A DNA stretch of 64,000 bases from Myxococcota bacterium (GTDB lineage Bacteria > Myxococcota_A > SURF-8). Positions 19,831 to 29,747 of the stretch are shown here, in pieces (the stretch's first letter is position 1; each line of letters opens with the position of its first letter). The DNA is taken from the NCBI GenBank assembly GCA_965140415.1, contig OZ223209.1:1920001-1984000 (forward strand). The letters run 5' to 3'. Under the pieces are notes generated by a model. That model saw nothing but the letters and a program-made list of their open reading frames with translations. It had not been told where the DNA came from and ran no database searches. The position numbers and the translations under genes are program-made.

Positions 19831-22800
19831 ATGCTTCGATGTAAACAGATCGTATGGATCATAGTCGTATTATTTGTCGGTTTCGGTTGCACCATCGGAG
19901 GCGGCGATTCGGAGGACGGCGATCAGATCGTGGTGACTCCCGATGGGGACAACTCATCGGTCGACGCCGATTGGAACCAGACGCCCGATGGCGATGCAGA
20001 CCCCGATCCTGTTTTCCCGGAAGATGGAGATCAGGAGACGGATGGGGATGATGTGATCGATGGCGATAGCGATATCGATGCAGACGAAAGTGAAATCGAT
20101 TCTCCGGTGGATGGCGATACGCTGGAAACGGACTCGGATCTGCAACCGGATGGCGATCTAGAACGCTTGGAACAGGATCTGGACTCGGAATCTTGTGACG
20201 AGGACGAATTCGTTCCAGATGGCGATCTGGATATCGAGCCGGAAATCGAAGAAGTCGAATTGGATGAGGAGATTGAAGCAGACGCGGAAGCTGAGTTGGA
20301 GCCGGAAATGGAACCGGAAGCGGATTGGGAGATGGAAACCGATTGCTTCGAGTTCGATTGGGAGCCGGATGAAGAAACGGACGAACCGCTTGTTCCTTGT
20401 TCCAACAATACGGAATGCAATGACGATGTGGTTTGTACGCTGGATATGTGCTTTAACGGATATTGTTATAACCTTATCGACCACTCGCTTTGTTCGCCCG
20501 GTGAGGTGTGCAGTCGTTCACAGGATTGTCAACCCGCTGCCGGGAGATTGTGCGAATCTTGCAGTGTTACGCTGCAAAACTGCCCCCGCTCAAACGATGT
20601 CTGCGCGCCTGCCAATGGCTCGATGAGTGCGTCCTGCTTGTTGCCCTGCGACTCTTACGAAAGCTGCCCGCCGGGATTCACCTGTAACGAAGTGGCGATC
20701 AGTTTCGGTGTGACGCGCTATGCCTGCGAGCCGGATAACCACCTGTGCTGTCTGGATGAAGACGAAGATGGCGCGGGCATCGGTGTGGATTGCGCGGCAT
20801 TCGATTGTGATGAAACAGATGGAGCCATTCGTGAAGGTGTAGCGGAAAGCTGCGATGGTGTTGACAACAATTGCGATGGCTCAACCGACGAGGGCGAAAA
20901 TCTGTGCCCTGCGGCTCATTGTGACGGTAACGGGCAGGATGGATACACGGTCTACGTTGCGTCGAGTTGTGAGGAGGGGCAGTGTTCAACGCCGACCGGG
21001 ACACCCTGCGGTGCTTTTAGCTGTATCGGCGGCGGGAGTGTCGGTGACATCTGCGCGACAAGCTGTACAGATGAGCAGAGCTGCATCGATGGGGCGGCCT
21101 GTCAACAGGGAGTCTGCGTGGCCGTTTTCCAGAACGGTTCCCCTTGTGTGTACAGCAGCAATTGCGAGAGCGGGCATTGTCAGAACGGTTACTGTTGCAG
21201 CGCTGGGGATTGTTGTTCGGCGGTGCAGAATTGCCCGGAAGACTATTCGCGAGCACCTGCTTGCGATACGCCTGAGACTTGCCAGGGATCGCGCCTCGAT
21301 GCGCAGTGTGTTGACTATCAGTGCTCGTCGGTGACGGTTGACGATGACAGCGGCTGCACCGCATTGGAACTGGCACGTAGCTGCGAATGGTTTGCGGATT
21401 TATATTGCAACGGTCAACTCGATCAGGACGTTTTACAATGCCCTGAAACCTGTAGCAGCAACTGGGATTGCGATTCCGGTGCGCATTGCGACGAAATCTG
21501 TGTGGCCGATTTGCCCAATGGCGCAGAATGTGATGAAGTCAGCGATTGCGAGAGTGCGCACTGCCAGAACGGCTACTGTTGTGCCAGCGGCGATTGCTGC
21601 GATCACGCCGCTCATTGCCCGGAGTCTTACGCCGAAGAGGCGATTTGCGACAACCACGTGTCCTGCCAGGGGCATCGACGCGACGCGACTTGCATCGATG
21701 GCAAATGCGGCAGCATCTATGATATCGAGGATGACAGCGCCTGCGATTCGTCCATTGTCAGCAAAACTTGCGGTTACTATCAGCCTGCCACCTGCAATGG
21801 CGACCCGAATCAGAGCGAGCCGAGTTGCCCGACTTTCTGCCAGTCGGATTCGCAGTGTGTCGAGCAGGCGCATTGCGACGGCCAGTGTCAATTGGATTTT
21901 CCCAGCGGTTCTCCCTGTGATGAAGACAGCGATTGCGAAAGCGGACATTGCCAGAACGGATTTTGCTGCGCGGCGGGGGATTGTTGTTACAGCGCCGCCA
22001 ATTGTCCTGCCGGTTACAGCCAGTCGCCCGTCTGCGATGATACCGCGACCTGCCAGGGGCATCGCAATGAAGCGGCTTGCGTGAACAATATCTGCCAGAC
22101 CGGCTCCGCGCTGGATGACGATCGCGGTTGTACCGGCTCTGTATTGGCAAAGAACTGCGGGTATTATCTGCCACGTTACTGTAGCGGTTCCACGGTTCAA
22201 AGTGAACCGCAGTGTCCCGTTTCCTGCACCGGTGATTCGCAGTGTATTGGTGGGGCTCACTGTCAGGGAGGCTTGTGCGTACCGGATCAGGGAATCGGCC
22301 AGGTTTGCAGCGGTACGGATCAATGCAGCGATGGATTATACTGCATTGACGGCGTCTGCTGTTCGAGTGTCTGCGACGGATTGTGTCGGCGCTGTGATCT
22401 GCCTGGGCGCGAGGGAATCTGCTCCAACATCGCATATGGCGACGATCCCGACTTGGAATGTGGCCTGGTGACCTGCGGTGGATATTACTATGGTTGGGAA
22501 GACAACATCTGTTATCGGGCGGCCAACGTTTCCGGTGCGGATGTTTCCTGTAACGGGCAGGGCTCCTGCCAGACGGCGGCGGATCTGTGTTTATCCCAGC
22601 CGCGTGGCGTGCAGGAAATCGTATGCAACGAAACCTGTCAACAACCGGATACAGGCACCTGTACAGGAACTTCTATCGGAGAATGCAATAATTTGGACTT
22701 GGGAAATCTGACCTGCGGTACGGGTGCTTGTCAACGCACGGTGCCTGCTTGTGAAAACGGCGCGGCAAATGTTTGCGTACCGGGAAATCCGGGAAATGAA

Positions 22801-23292
22801 AGTTGCAACAACATCGATGATGATTGCGATGGCGTGGTAGATAATCATATCAGCAGTGCGGAAGATAATTACGAACCGAATGAAACAGCGAGCACCGCTT
22901 ACGATCTGGGTACCGTGGCGACCGATGCCAATCAGGAAAGTTTCCCTGGTACGATCTATCCGGCTGGGGATGTAGACTATCTGATGTTCTATGCACATGA
23001 AGTCAGTAGCATTTGTGTCCCGTTTACTAATGAGTCATTCACTATCGAAGTGTTGTTGACGCCGCCCACCGGTGAAGACTGCGTGGACTACGATCTGGTA
23101 TTGTACGATGCCGATGGCAACTATCTCCGCTCCAGTTCATTGAGCGGCTGTGCTACTGAAACGATACAATACACTTGGGCGGGAGTGTGTACGCAAAACG
23201 ACTCTCGCTATTTCAAAGTGAGAATTCGTCCCTGGGAAGATGCCTGGGAGTGTGAAAGCTACACGTTATTTGTCGATTGGTGGCAGAACTAG
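19831..23292 (+). CDS. Giant Cys-rich lipoprotein: acidic DGD linker, MopE-like metal-binding motifs, three 128/129-aa Cys repeats, C-terminal PPC-like domain
   Basis: Lipobox GFG-C after ATG 19831 (GGAG RBS); ESCDGVDNNCDG and ESCNNIDDDCDG motifs; DNYEPNET...DVDY...DYDLVLYD (PPC-like). Confidence 0.75.
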   Translation: MLRCKQIVWIIVVLFVGFGCTIGGGDSEDGDQIVVTPDGDNSSVDADWNQTPDGDADPDPVFPEDGDQETDGDDVIDGDSDIDADESEIDSPVDGDTLETDSDLQPDGDLERLEQDLDSESCDEDEFVPDGDLDIEPEIEEVELDEEIEADAEAELEPEMEPEADWEMETDCFEFDWEPDEETDEPLVPCSNNTECNDDVVCTLDMCFNGYCYNLIDHSLCSPGEVCSRSQDCQPAAGRLCESCSVTLQNCPRSNDVCAPANGSMSASCLLPCDSYESCPPGFTCNEVAISFGVTRYACEPDNHLCCLDEDEDGAGIGVDCAAFDCDETDGAIREGVAESCDGVDNNCDGSTDEGENLCPAAHCDGNGQDGYTVYVASSCEEGQCSTPTGTPCGAFSCIGGGSVGDICATSCTDEQSCIDGAACQQGVCVAVFQNGSPCVYSSNCESGHCQNGYCCSAGDCCSAVQNCPEDYSRAPACDTPETCQGSRLDAQCVDYQCSSVTVDDDSGCTALELARSCEWFADLYCNGQLDQDVLQCPETCSSNWDCDSGAHCDEICVADLPNGAECDEVSDCESAHCQNGYCCASGDCCDHAAHCPESYAEEAICDNHVSCQGHRRDATCIDGKCGSIYDIEDDSACDSSIVSKTCGYYQPATCNGDPNQSEPSCPTFCQSDSQCVEQAHCDGQCQLDFPSGSPCDEDSDCESGHCQNGFCCAAGDCCYSAANCPAGYSQSPVCDDTATCQGHRNEAACVNNICQTGSALDDDRGCTGSVLAKNCGYYLPRYCSGSTVQSEPQCPVSCTGDSQCIGGAHCQGGLCVPDQGIGQVCSGTDQCSDGLYCIDGVCCSSVCDGLCRRCDLPGREGICSNIAYGDDPDLECGLVTCGGYYYGWEDNICYRAANVSGADVSCNGQGSCQTAADLCLSQPRGVQEIVCNETCQQPDTGTCTGTSIGECNNLDLGNLTCGTGACQRTVPACENGAANVCVPGNPGNESCNNIDDDCDGVVDNHISSAEDNYEPNETASTAYDLGTVATDANQESFPGTIYPAGDVDYLMFYAHEVSSICVPFTNESFTIEVLLTPPTGEDCVDYDLVLYDADGNYLRSSSLSGCATETIQYTWAGVCTQNDSRYFKVRIRPWEDAWECESYTLFVDWWQN
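21133..22290 (+). repeat. Three tandem intragenic repeats of about 384-387 bp
   Basis: Units start at 21133, 21517 and 21904; each contains CES(G/A)HCQNG(Y/F)CCxxGDCC. Confidence 0.9.
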
Positions 23293-23371
23293 GATGACTA
23301 TGGAGAAGCTATCGGAATGTAAGCAACCGGGAGAATTCATCATCGTGACTGTTTGGCCTGCCTGAAAACCG

Positions 23372-25099
23372 ATGTCCATCAACCTGATGCATTGTGAAAA
23401 CGGTTTGTATTTCCGTTGTTTGGTACGGAGCGTGCTGTGGTGTGTGCTGATCGGCTGTTGTTGCATGCATGTGGAGATCTGTCATGCACAAAAATCAGGG
23501 TTTCCCTTCGATCCAAACGAGCTGTCGAAAAACGCATTGAACAAGGAAAATGTAAGTAACTTCTCCGAACAGAATGAACCGCTAAAGGATGTATTCATCA
23601 AAGGAAACGTTTGCGTAGAGGATGCGGTTCTCGTCGATCTGATTCGTCCGATGAGCAAGCAGCAGTTTCTTTTAGGCAAGGCGACTATGATTCGTAAGCG
23701 CTTGCTTGAGTATTACATGGCCAAAGGCTATCGGCTGGTGCGTGTGTGGACGAAAATTCACCGTGGCAAGATCTATGTGTCCATCGATGAAGGACGCTTG
23801 GAAAAGATCATCATTCGGGGACGCGACCCGCTACAGACGTCGCTGATGCATTTAACCATCAAGCTGCCGTTCAATGTGTACAATCAGTATGTAATGGAAG
23901 AGGAACTGGAGAAGCTCAAAAAGCGATTCTGGGTCAAGCATGTTTCGGTGCAATTCGACGAATCCCCACCGGTAACGCATGCCGGTTGGCAGCTTTCGGA
24001 TCAGGAGTTTGCATGGTTTCCCAAGGCCGGGGCTTATGAAATGCACGTGTTGCTCGGCATTCATAAACTCAGCGATGGGCCGGGCTTGGAATTGCGTATG
24101 GAATCGTCTTATGGTGTGGTGCCGGAAGCCTTTTACCGCCATAGTGGGTTCTTTTTCGATGAAGGGGATGATTTTCGAATCGGACTGGCTAGTGGCTATT
24201 GGGTCCGCAAGAGTCTGAACACCGGTGATTACGGGGTGGATTTTACGTATGTCGGATTGAACGCAACCTACGATTTTCCGAAAATCGCGGATCTATTACA
24301 GTTCAATCTTGCGATTTCGAGTGAGTTGAGCAAATACCAGCGAACGGATTTACCCTTGGATAGTTATTGGGATTTTTCCAATCAAGTCGTTTTAGGGATG
24401 CAGTTCGATGTGTACAAAGGTTTGAATCTGGGGATTGGCGTTTGCGGCGGTCATAAAAATGTCTTTTCAATTGAAAAGGTGGTGGGAAAAGACTTTTATC
24501 TCAATCCCTTTCGACATTGGCGATTTTCGGTGCCGCTTACGCTGGAATACGACTGGAGCGAAGATGAGATCCGGCGGGATCGTCACAGCAATTTCAGTTT
24601 CTCCTTTGTGCCGTACCTGGTCGATGTCAGCATCTTCTATCGTTTCGATGCGAGTTATCAACACCTGTTCGATTTCGGGTATCACGATTTGTGGTTGAAG
24701 GCTCGCACTGTGATTACCCTGGAACCATCGGTGTTTTACGATGAAGTCCCGCTGGCCGGGAAATTGTTGAGATCCTTTTATAGTGAAAGCTATTACATCG
24801 ATAACGCCTCGTGGTTGTCGTTGGAGTTTCGTGGTTCGATCTACCGCGATATCTGGAAGTTGTCTATCTATCACGATTTCGCACTCTTTCGTAAAATCTC
24901 GCACGATCCTAAAGCGCTACAGAACGCCAATTATCGCATGGACGACGAGTCGACTTCGTTGGCCTGGGCGAATTCTTTCGGTCCCGGCGTGCACTGGTTG
25001 ATATTGGACAGTTTCCAACTGGATCTGTATTGCGCTTTCGGCTTTGCGCCAAGCGGTTTTGCGGTAAATCCTTATTTTCGTTTGTTGAAGGTGTTTTGA
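23372..25099 (+). CDS. Omp85/BamA-TamA-like outer-membrane protein (short, divergent)
   Basis: POTRA-like segment (VFIKGN...YYMAKGY...VSIDEGRLEKIIIRG), C-terminal amphipathic strands, SLEFRG, terminal Phe. Start uncertain. Confidence 0.6.
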   Translation: MSINLMHCENGLYFRCLVRSVLWCVLIGCCCMHVEICHAQKSGFPFDPNELSKNALNKENVSNFSEQNEPLKDVFIKGNVCVEDAVLVDLIRPMSKQQFLLGKATMIRKRLLEYYMAKGYRLVRVWTKIHRGKIYVSIDEGRLEKIIIRGRDPLQTSLMHLTIKLPFNVYNQYVMEEELEKLKKRFWVKHVSVQFDESPPVTHAGWQLSDQEFAWFPKAGAYEMHVLLGIHKLSDGPGLELRMESSYGVVPEAFYRHSGFFFDEGDDFRIGLASGYWVRKSLNTGDYGVDFTYVGLNATYDFPKIADLLQFNLAISSELSKYQRTDLPLDSYWDFSNQVVLGMQFDVYKGLNLGIGVCGGHKNVFSIEKVVGKDFYLNPFRHWRFSVPLTLEYDWSEDEIRRDRHSNFSFSFVPYLVDVSIFYRFDASYQHLFDFGYHDLWLKARTVITLEPSVFYDEVPLAGKLLRSFYSESYYIDNASWLSLEFRGSIYRDIWKLSIYHDFALFRKISHDPKALQNANYRMDDESTSLAWANSFGPGVHWLILDSFQLDLYCAFGFAPSGFAVNPYFRLLKVF

Positions 25100-25740
25100 T
25101 GACAAGGTGGTTTTCCGGACATTTCATGTGCTGTAGTAGACGGTTAATTCTGGCCGTTTTCATGCTGATGCTTTGGAGTCAGACGGCGGTTGCAACGGAG
25201 GTCGTAGAGATGCCGCTAAACCCACCTCGCGACCAGTGGCTGGATAAGCTGACTTTCGTGCCCAAATTCAGTTACCAGTTTTTCATGCAACAGGAAAACA
25301 CCACGCTTACCGTACCGATGCGCCACGGCGCTCAGTTGCAGTATGATATCGACGTCGGCGATCAGGGATATGTTGGAGAATTCGCCCCGTATTTCTCCGT
25401 GCAGTGGCCCGATAGTGGCGATGTGTTGCTGGGTGGCGGACTGGTTTTCGATCTGGTTTATCGTTTCGATTTCGAAGGAATCGCACCCAGTTTTGGGGTA
25501 GGTATGCGTTTGGGGTATGTGCATGCGGATGACTTAGGGCATGGATTGGATATCTACGGGCGATTTCCTGTCGCTTGTACTTTTTATCTTAGCCCGGATT
25601 TCGCCATCCATCTGGAAATTGGTGTTTTATACGGTATCACCGGCTTTTGGATCGCCGATGCTTCAGGCAATGGCGATAAGGAAATTCACTTCGTCGATGG
25701 GTTCGGAGTCGATGCAGGCATCGGCTTCCGCTTTCCTTGA
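25099..25740 (+). CDS. Outer-membrane beta-barrel protein
   Basis: TGATG overlap with the upstream gene; signal peptide (AVA-T); C-terminal DAGIGFRFP. Confidence 0.55.
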   Translation: MTRWFSGHFMCCSRRLILAVFMLMLWSQTAVATEVVEMPLNPPRDQWLDKLTFVPKFSYQFFMQQENTTLTVPMRHGAQLQYDIDVGDQGYVGEFAPYFSVQWPDSGDVLLGGGLVFDLVYRFDFEGIAPSFGVGMRLGYVHADDLGHGLDIYGRFPVACTFYLSPDFAIHLEIGVLYGITGFWIADASGNGDKEIHFVDGFGVDAGIGFRFP

Positions 25741-26064
25741 AACTTTTCTCTTTTGCTAACATTTCTTTTTTTTACTACTCCTGCCGATTTTCATCTTAAC
25801 AGTATACTGAGAATACACATAAACCTAATAATATCAATGCGATATGCAAGGCATTGCTATTGTCATTCATAGGGTCGGAATCCATTTTCGGTTTTGTAAA
25901 TTAACCGAATCTGAATTTGCCAATCATAATATCCGAACATACGAACCCCATTCTAGCCCCATCATGAACGACGGAAAAAGCAGCAGATAGAAGCTGCGCC
26001 GAGTTCAGAAATGATCGAATCACGAGTGTTGTAGCTTGGTTTGATAATTAACAAGGAGAACGAA

Positions 26065-27429
26065 ATGAAAAAGAATGGTTTAATGGTTTTGCTTTTACTG
26101 TCGATGTTGCTGATGGCCGTGTCCTGCGGTGGCGACGATGAGGGTGACAACAACAACAACGACGGCGGCATCGCACAGTGCGACGGCGATGTCTGCACGC
26201 TTTCGGGTACCATCACAGAGGATCTCACGTTGACCTCCGATATCCAGTGGGTGCTGCGTGGTATGGTCGCGGTTGGTGACGATGTAAACCAGACCATCCT
26301 GACCATCGAACCCGGAACCACCATTTACGGTGAAAGCTCCACCAACGGTTTTTTGGTGATTACCCGCCATTCCAAAATCATGGCGGAAGGCACGGCGGAT
26401 GCGCCGATCGTGTTCACCTCTTCCAAGGAAGTCGGTAGCCGATCTCGCGGAGATTGGGGTGGCCTGATCATCAACGGATTGGCGCCGGTCAACGGATGCG
26501 AAGAAGAAGGCGTGGTTTGCGAGTCCTTCGGCGAAGGCGGCACGGGTTGGTACGGCGGCGACGATGCGGCTGATAACAGCGGTGTGTTGCGCTACGTGCG
26601 CGTGGAATTTGCAGGAACGATCATCAGCCCGGATAACGAGTTGAACGGAATTGCATTTCAGGGTGTGGGCAGTGGCACCACCGTGGAGTACATCCAGGTT
26701 CACATGAACAAAGATGATGGCGTTGAATTCTTCGGCGGCACTGTTAACGTGAAATACGCGCTTGTGACCGGTCCGGCAGACGATTGCTTCGACTGGACCG
26801 ACGGCTGGCAGGGCATGGCCCAGTTCGTCGTCTTGCAACAATATGATGATGCGGGCGATCAGGGTATCGAAGCGGACAACAACGCTGAAGACAATGCTGC
26901 AACGCCGCGCTCCAAGCCGACCCTGTCCAACTTCACGATCATCGGATCGCCGGATTCGGAAGCCTCGGATCTGGGTATGCTGTTACGCGAAGGCACCGGC
27001 GCCAACATCAGCAACTTCATCGTGACCGGTTTCAACGATGCCTGCTTGGATCTTGATCACACCGAAACCTTCGAAAACGCGATGAGCGGCGATACTCTCA
27101 GTGGTGAGTTGACCATCACCAACAGCATTCTCGACTGCGTGACCAACTTCAAGATGGATAACGAAAAGGACGAGGATGACAACGCCATCACCGATCCGTT
27201 CAGCGTTGAAGATTTCTATAATGACCAGGACGGCAACCAGCTTACCGATCCGCAGTTGGCCGATGCGATGAATCAGGCCGCTCCGGACTTCAGCCCGGCT
27301 TCCGGCTCTCCCGCTCTCTCCGGCGGTCAGGCTCCTTCCGATGCGTTCTTTACCGAAGCTTCTTTTATCGGTGCCATCGGTTCGGATAACGACTGGACCC
27401 AGGGCTGGACGACGCACGATCAGAACTAA
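26065..27429 (+). CDS. Beta-helix lipoprotein associated with a TonB-dependent receptor
   Basis: AAGGAG RBS, lipobox AVS-C; LTIEPGT, GTADAPIVFTS, GDWGGLII, DNSGVLRYVRVEFAG, DDGVEFFGG, WTQGWT. Confidence 0.75.
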   Translation: MKKNGLMVLLLLSMLLMAVSCGGDDEGDNNNNDGGIAQCDGDVCTLSGTITEDLTLTSDIQWVLRGMVAVGDDVNQTILTIEPGTTIYGESSTNGFLVITRHSKIMAEGTADAPIVFTSSKEVGSRSRGDWGGLIINGLAPVNGCEEEGVVCESFGEGGTGWYGGDDAADNSGVLRYVRVEFAGTIISPDNELNGIAFQGVGSGTTVEYIQVHMNKDDGVEFFGGTVNVKYALVTGPADDCFDWTDGWQGMAQFVVLQQYDDAGDQGIEADNNAEDNAATPRSKPTLSNFTIIGSPDSEASDLGMLLREGTGANISNFIVTGFNDACLDLDHTETFENAMSGDTLSGELTITNSILDCVTNFKMDNEKDEDDNAITDPFSVEDFYNDQDGNQLTDPQLADAMNQAAPDFSPASGSPALSGGQAPSDAFFTEASFIGAIGSDNDWTQGWTTHDQN

Positions 27430-27462
27430 GGATCGTTATTGTAAGTGACTATGGACAGCAAT

Positions 27463-27496
27463 ACGGCTGGCGGATCAATCGCGATCCGCCAGTCGT
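27463..27496 (+). other. Intercistronic stem-loop
   Basis: ACGGCTGGCGGATC-AATCGC-GATCCGCCAGTCGT, 14-bp stem, no U tract. Confidence 0.65.
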
Positions 27497-27519
27497 GTCG
27501 TAACGAACAGGCTGAAAGC

Positions 27520-28317
27520 ATGCAAAGCAGAATGGTTATGTTTCAACGGTTTCACAAGGTTGCCTGGTTCTTCCTTGCATTTGCGTTTCTATTCACTACT
27601 TCAACGGCAAAGGCAGAGGAGCTTTCGGATCTGGCGGAGGCGTTGGTGAAACTACGTGGGGAAGTGGAAACGCTTTCGATGAAACTAGAGCAGCAGAAAA
27701 ACGATCAGGCGGATCGCCTGCGCTCATTGGCCAGACGGAAAACCGATCTGGAAGTTCAGATTCAGAAAGAAGAATTTCGCATCAAGCAGATCGGGCAGTC
27801 GCTGGAACGTCAGCGTGAATTGCTGGCGAAGGACAAAACGACAGGCGATACGCTTCGTCCCACCGTTCAGGCCTCGATCAAAGCCATCCGGGAATATGTC
27901 GAAGGCTCGCTTCCTTTTCAGAAATTCGAACGCTTAGCCGCCTTGGAAGAATTGCAACGAAAAATGGACAGCGGTCAGTTAAGTGAGCAACGCATCCTAC
28001 AGCGCTTGTGGGCATTCGTGGAAGATGAACTTCGCCTGACGCGCGAAAGTGGCTTGTACCGACAGAGCATTCAATTAAACGGCGAAGACAAGTTGGCGGA
28101 AATTGCCAGGGTCGGAATGATCATGCTTTTTTTCCAGACTTCCGATGGCGTCTGCGGTATGGCGAAACGCGAGAATTCAGGTTGGAGGTACGTAGCCGTC
28201 AGTGAGCCAAAGCCACGGGATCAGATCTTAACCCTGTTCGATTCGTTCAAAAAACAGATACGAAACGGGTACTTTGTGTTGCCTAATGCACTGTCTGAAA
28301 AGGAGGGTGCATTATGA
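27520..28317 (+). CDS. DUF3450 family coiled-coil protein (TtpB-like)
   Basis: Signal peptide, long coiled coil, LPFQKFERL, ARVGMIMLFFQT, final LP; sits just upstream of a long ExbB. Start may be 27520-27538. Confidence 0.75.
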   Translation: MQSRMVMFQRFHKVAWFFLAFAFLFTTSTAKAEELSDLAEALVKLRGEVETLSMKLEQQKNDQADRLRSLARRKTDLEVQIQKEEFRIKQIGQSLERQRELLAKDKTTGDTLRPTVQASIKAIREYVEGSLPFQKFERLAALEELQRKMDSGQLSEQRILQRLWAFVEDELRLTRESGLYRQSIQLNGEDKLAEIARVGMIMLFFQTSDGVCGMAKRENSGWRYVAVSEPKPRDQILTLFDSFKKQIRNGYFVLPNALSEKEGAL

Positions 28318-29747
28318 AAATCTGCATGAAATGGGTCTTTCTGTTCGTTCTGTTAGTACACTCTCTGCCTGCATTAGCGGCGGATAAAGCCGATCTACAG
28401 GCGGCGTATAAAAAGGAATTTGCATTTTTAGATGCCGAGCGTCGCAACATGCAAATGCGATTGAAGAAATTGCAGGACGAAGGCGACGAGCGCATTCGGT
28501 CGGCGGAACGGGAGTTGAACACGCTACAAAGCAAACTATTGGGACTAAGCGCCCAGGCCGATGGCCTCTCGGATCGCTTATTGGAGCTGGATAGGGACAG
28601 TGAGCAGGTAGGAGAAAAGCAGGAAACGCTTTTAGCCGTGTTCCAACAAGCGCAGAGAAGTTTGGCAGAATACGATGTCAAGGTGCAGGAACTGGATTCG
28701 GAAAAACCGGAATTGTTGTTGGAAAATATTCCGGATGTCTATGCCAAGGCGGCTGTACTGCTTGGCCAATTGAACACGGTACGCCGCCAGGAGGGTGAAT
28801 TCTTTCTTCAAGACGGAACCCTGGAAAAAGGCGATCTGATTCTGATCGGAAATGTGGCCAGCTATGGTGTGGGAACTCGCGGTGCCGGTGCATTGGCTCC
28901 GGTAGGTGATGGTCGCTTGAAAATCTGGCCTGAAGCAACTGAAGAAGTCGCGCGTGATTTCGCGGCGGGTGAGATTCCGCAGACATTGAACATTTTTCTG
29001 TACGACACAAAAGAAAAGAGCATCGAACCAAAAGAAGGCAAGACCGCGCTGGCCGTTATCGAAAGCGGTGGGGTGATCGCCTGGGTAATCGTCTTCATGG
29101 GTTTGATCACCCTGGTGCTGGTGCTGTTGCGTATCCTGTTCCTCTCTCGGGCTGCATCGAATACCGATGAACTGATAGCACGTGTTTCTCCGCTGATCGA
29201 ACAAGGCTGGCGCGAGGAGGCGATTGAACTGTGCAAGCAACGCAGAGGCGCCACGGCGAGGGTTCTGGTCGCAACGATCAAGCACCTGGACACGGAGCGG
29301 GAAAATCTGGAAGACATCGTTTCCGAGCAGATTTTGCATGAGACGCCGTACCTGGAGCGTTTCGGTGCGATCATTCTTGTGCTGGCCGCCGTGGCTCCGC
29401 TAATGGGTTTACTGGGTACCGTGACCGGAATGATTTCCACCTTCGATATCATCACCGAATTCGGCACCGGCGATCCCAAGATGCTCTCCGGTGGAATATC
29501 GGAGGCGCTGGTTACCACCGAATTAGGTCTGATTGTGGCGATTCCAGCGTTATTGTTTGGCAATCTGCTAAGCGGGTGGGCGAACCGGATTAAAGTCGGT
29601 ATGGAACAAGCCGCGCTGAAACTGATTAACGTCTATGTGCTCTACGGCGAACCCCGTAGTCAGATGGTTGGGAAATCCGAGAAAACGAATCGTACAGATA
29701 AAACGGTTTCCGTAGAGACGTCGCAAGGTAATGGGGCCGGTGCATGA
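28314..29747 (+). CDS. Long MotA/TolQ/ExbB protein (TtpC-like)
   Basis: N-terminal coiled coil plus APLMGLLGTVTGMI, GGISEALVTTELGL. Confidence 0.88.
   Translation: MKICMKWVFLFVLLVHSLPALAADKADLQAAYKKEFAFLDAERRNMQMRLKKLQDEGDERIRSAERELNTLQSKLLGLSAQADGLSDRLLELDRDSEQVGEKQETLLAVFQQAQRSLAEYDVKVQELDSEKPELLLENIPDVYAKAAVLLGQLNTVRRQEGEFFLQDGTLEKGDLILIGNVASYGVGTRGAGALAPVGDGRLKIWPEATEEVARDFAAGEIPQTLNIFLYDTKEKSIEPKEGKTALAVIESGGVIAWVIVFMGLITLVLVLLRILFLSRAASNTDELIARVSPLIEQGWREEAIELCKQRRGATARVLVATIKHLDTERENLEDIVSEQILHETPYLERFGAIILVLAAVAPLMGLLGTVTGMISTFDIITEFGTGDPKMLSGGISEALVTTELGLIVAIPALLFGNLLSGWANRIKVGMEQAALKLINVYVLYGEPRSQMVGKSEKTNRTDKTVSVETSQGNGAGA

Noticed and set aside
19831-23292. TraA kin-recognition receptor
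   Set aside because: Cys-rich, but no recognisable PA14 domain or MYXO-CTERM, and the next gene is not an OmpA-domain TraB.
25790-25875. Pho box upstream of the TonB operon
   Set aside because: Only one TTGTCAT half-site; no convincing 11-bp-spaced partner.
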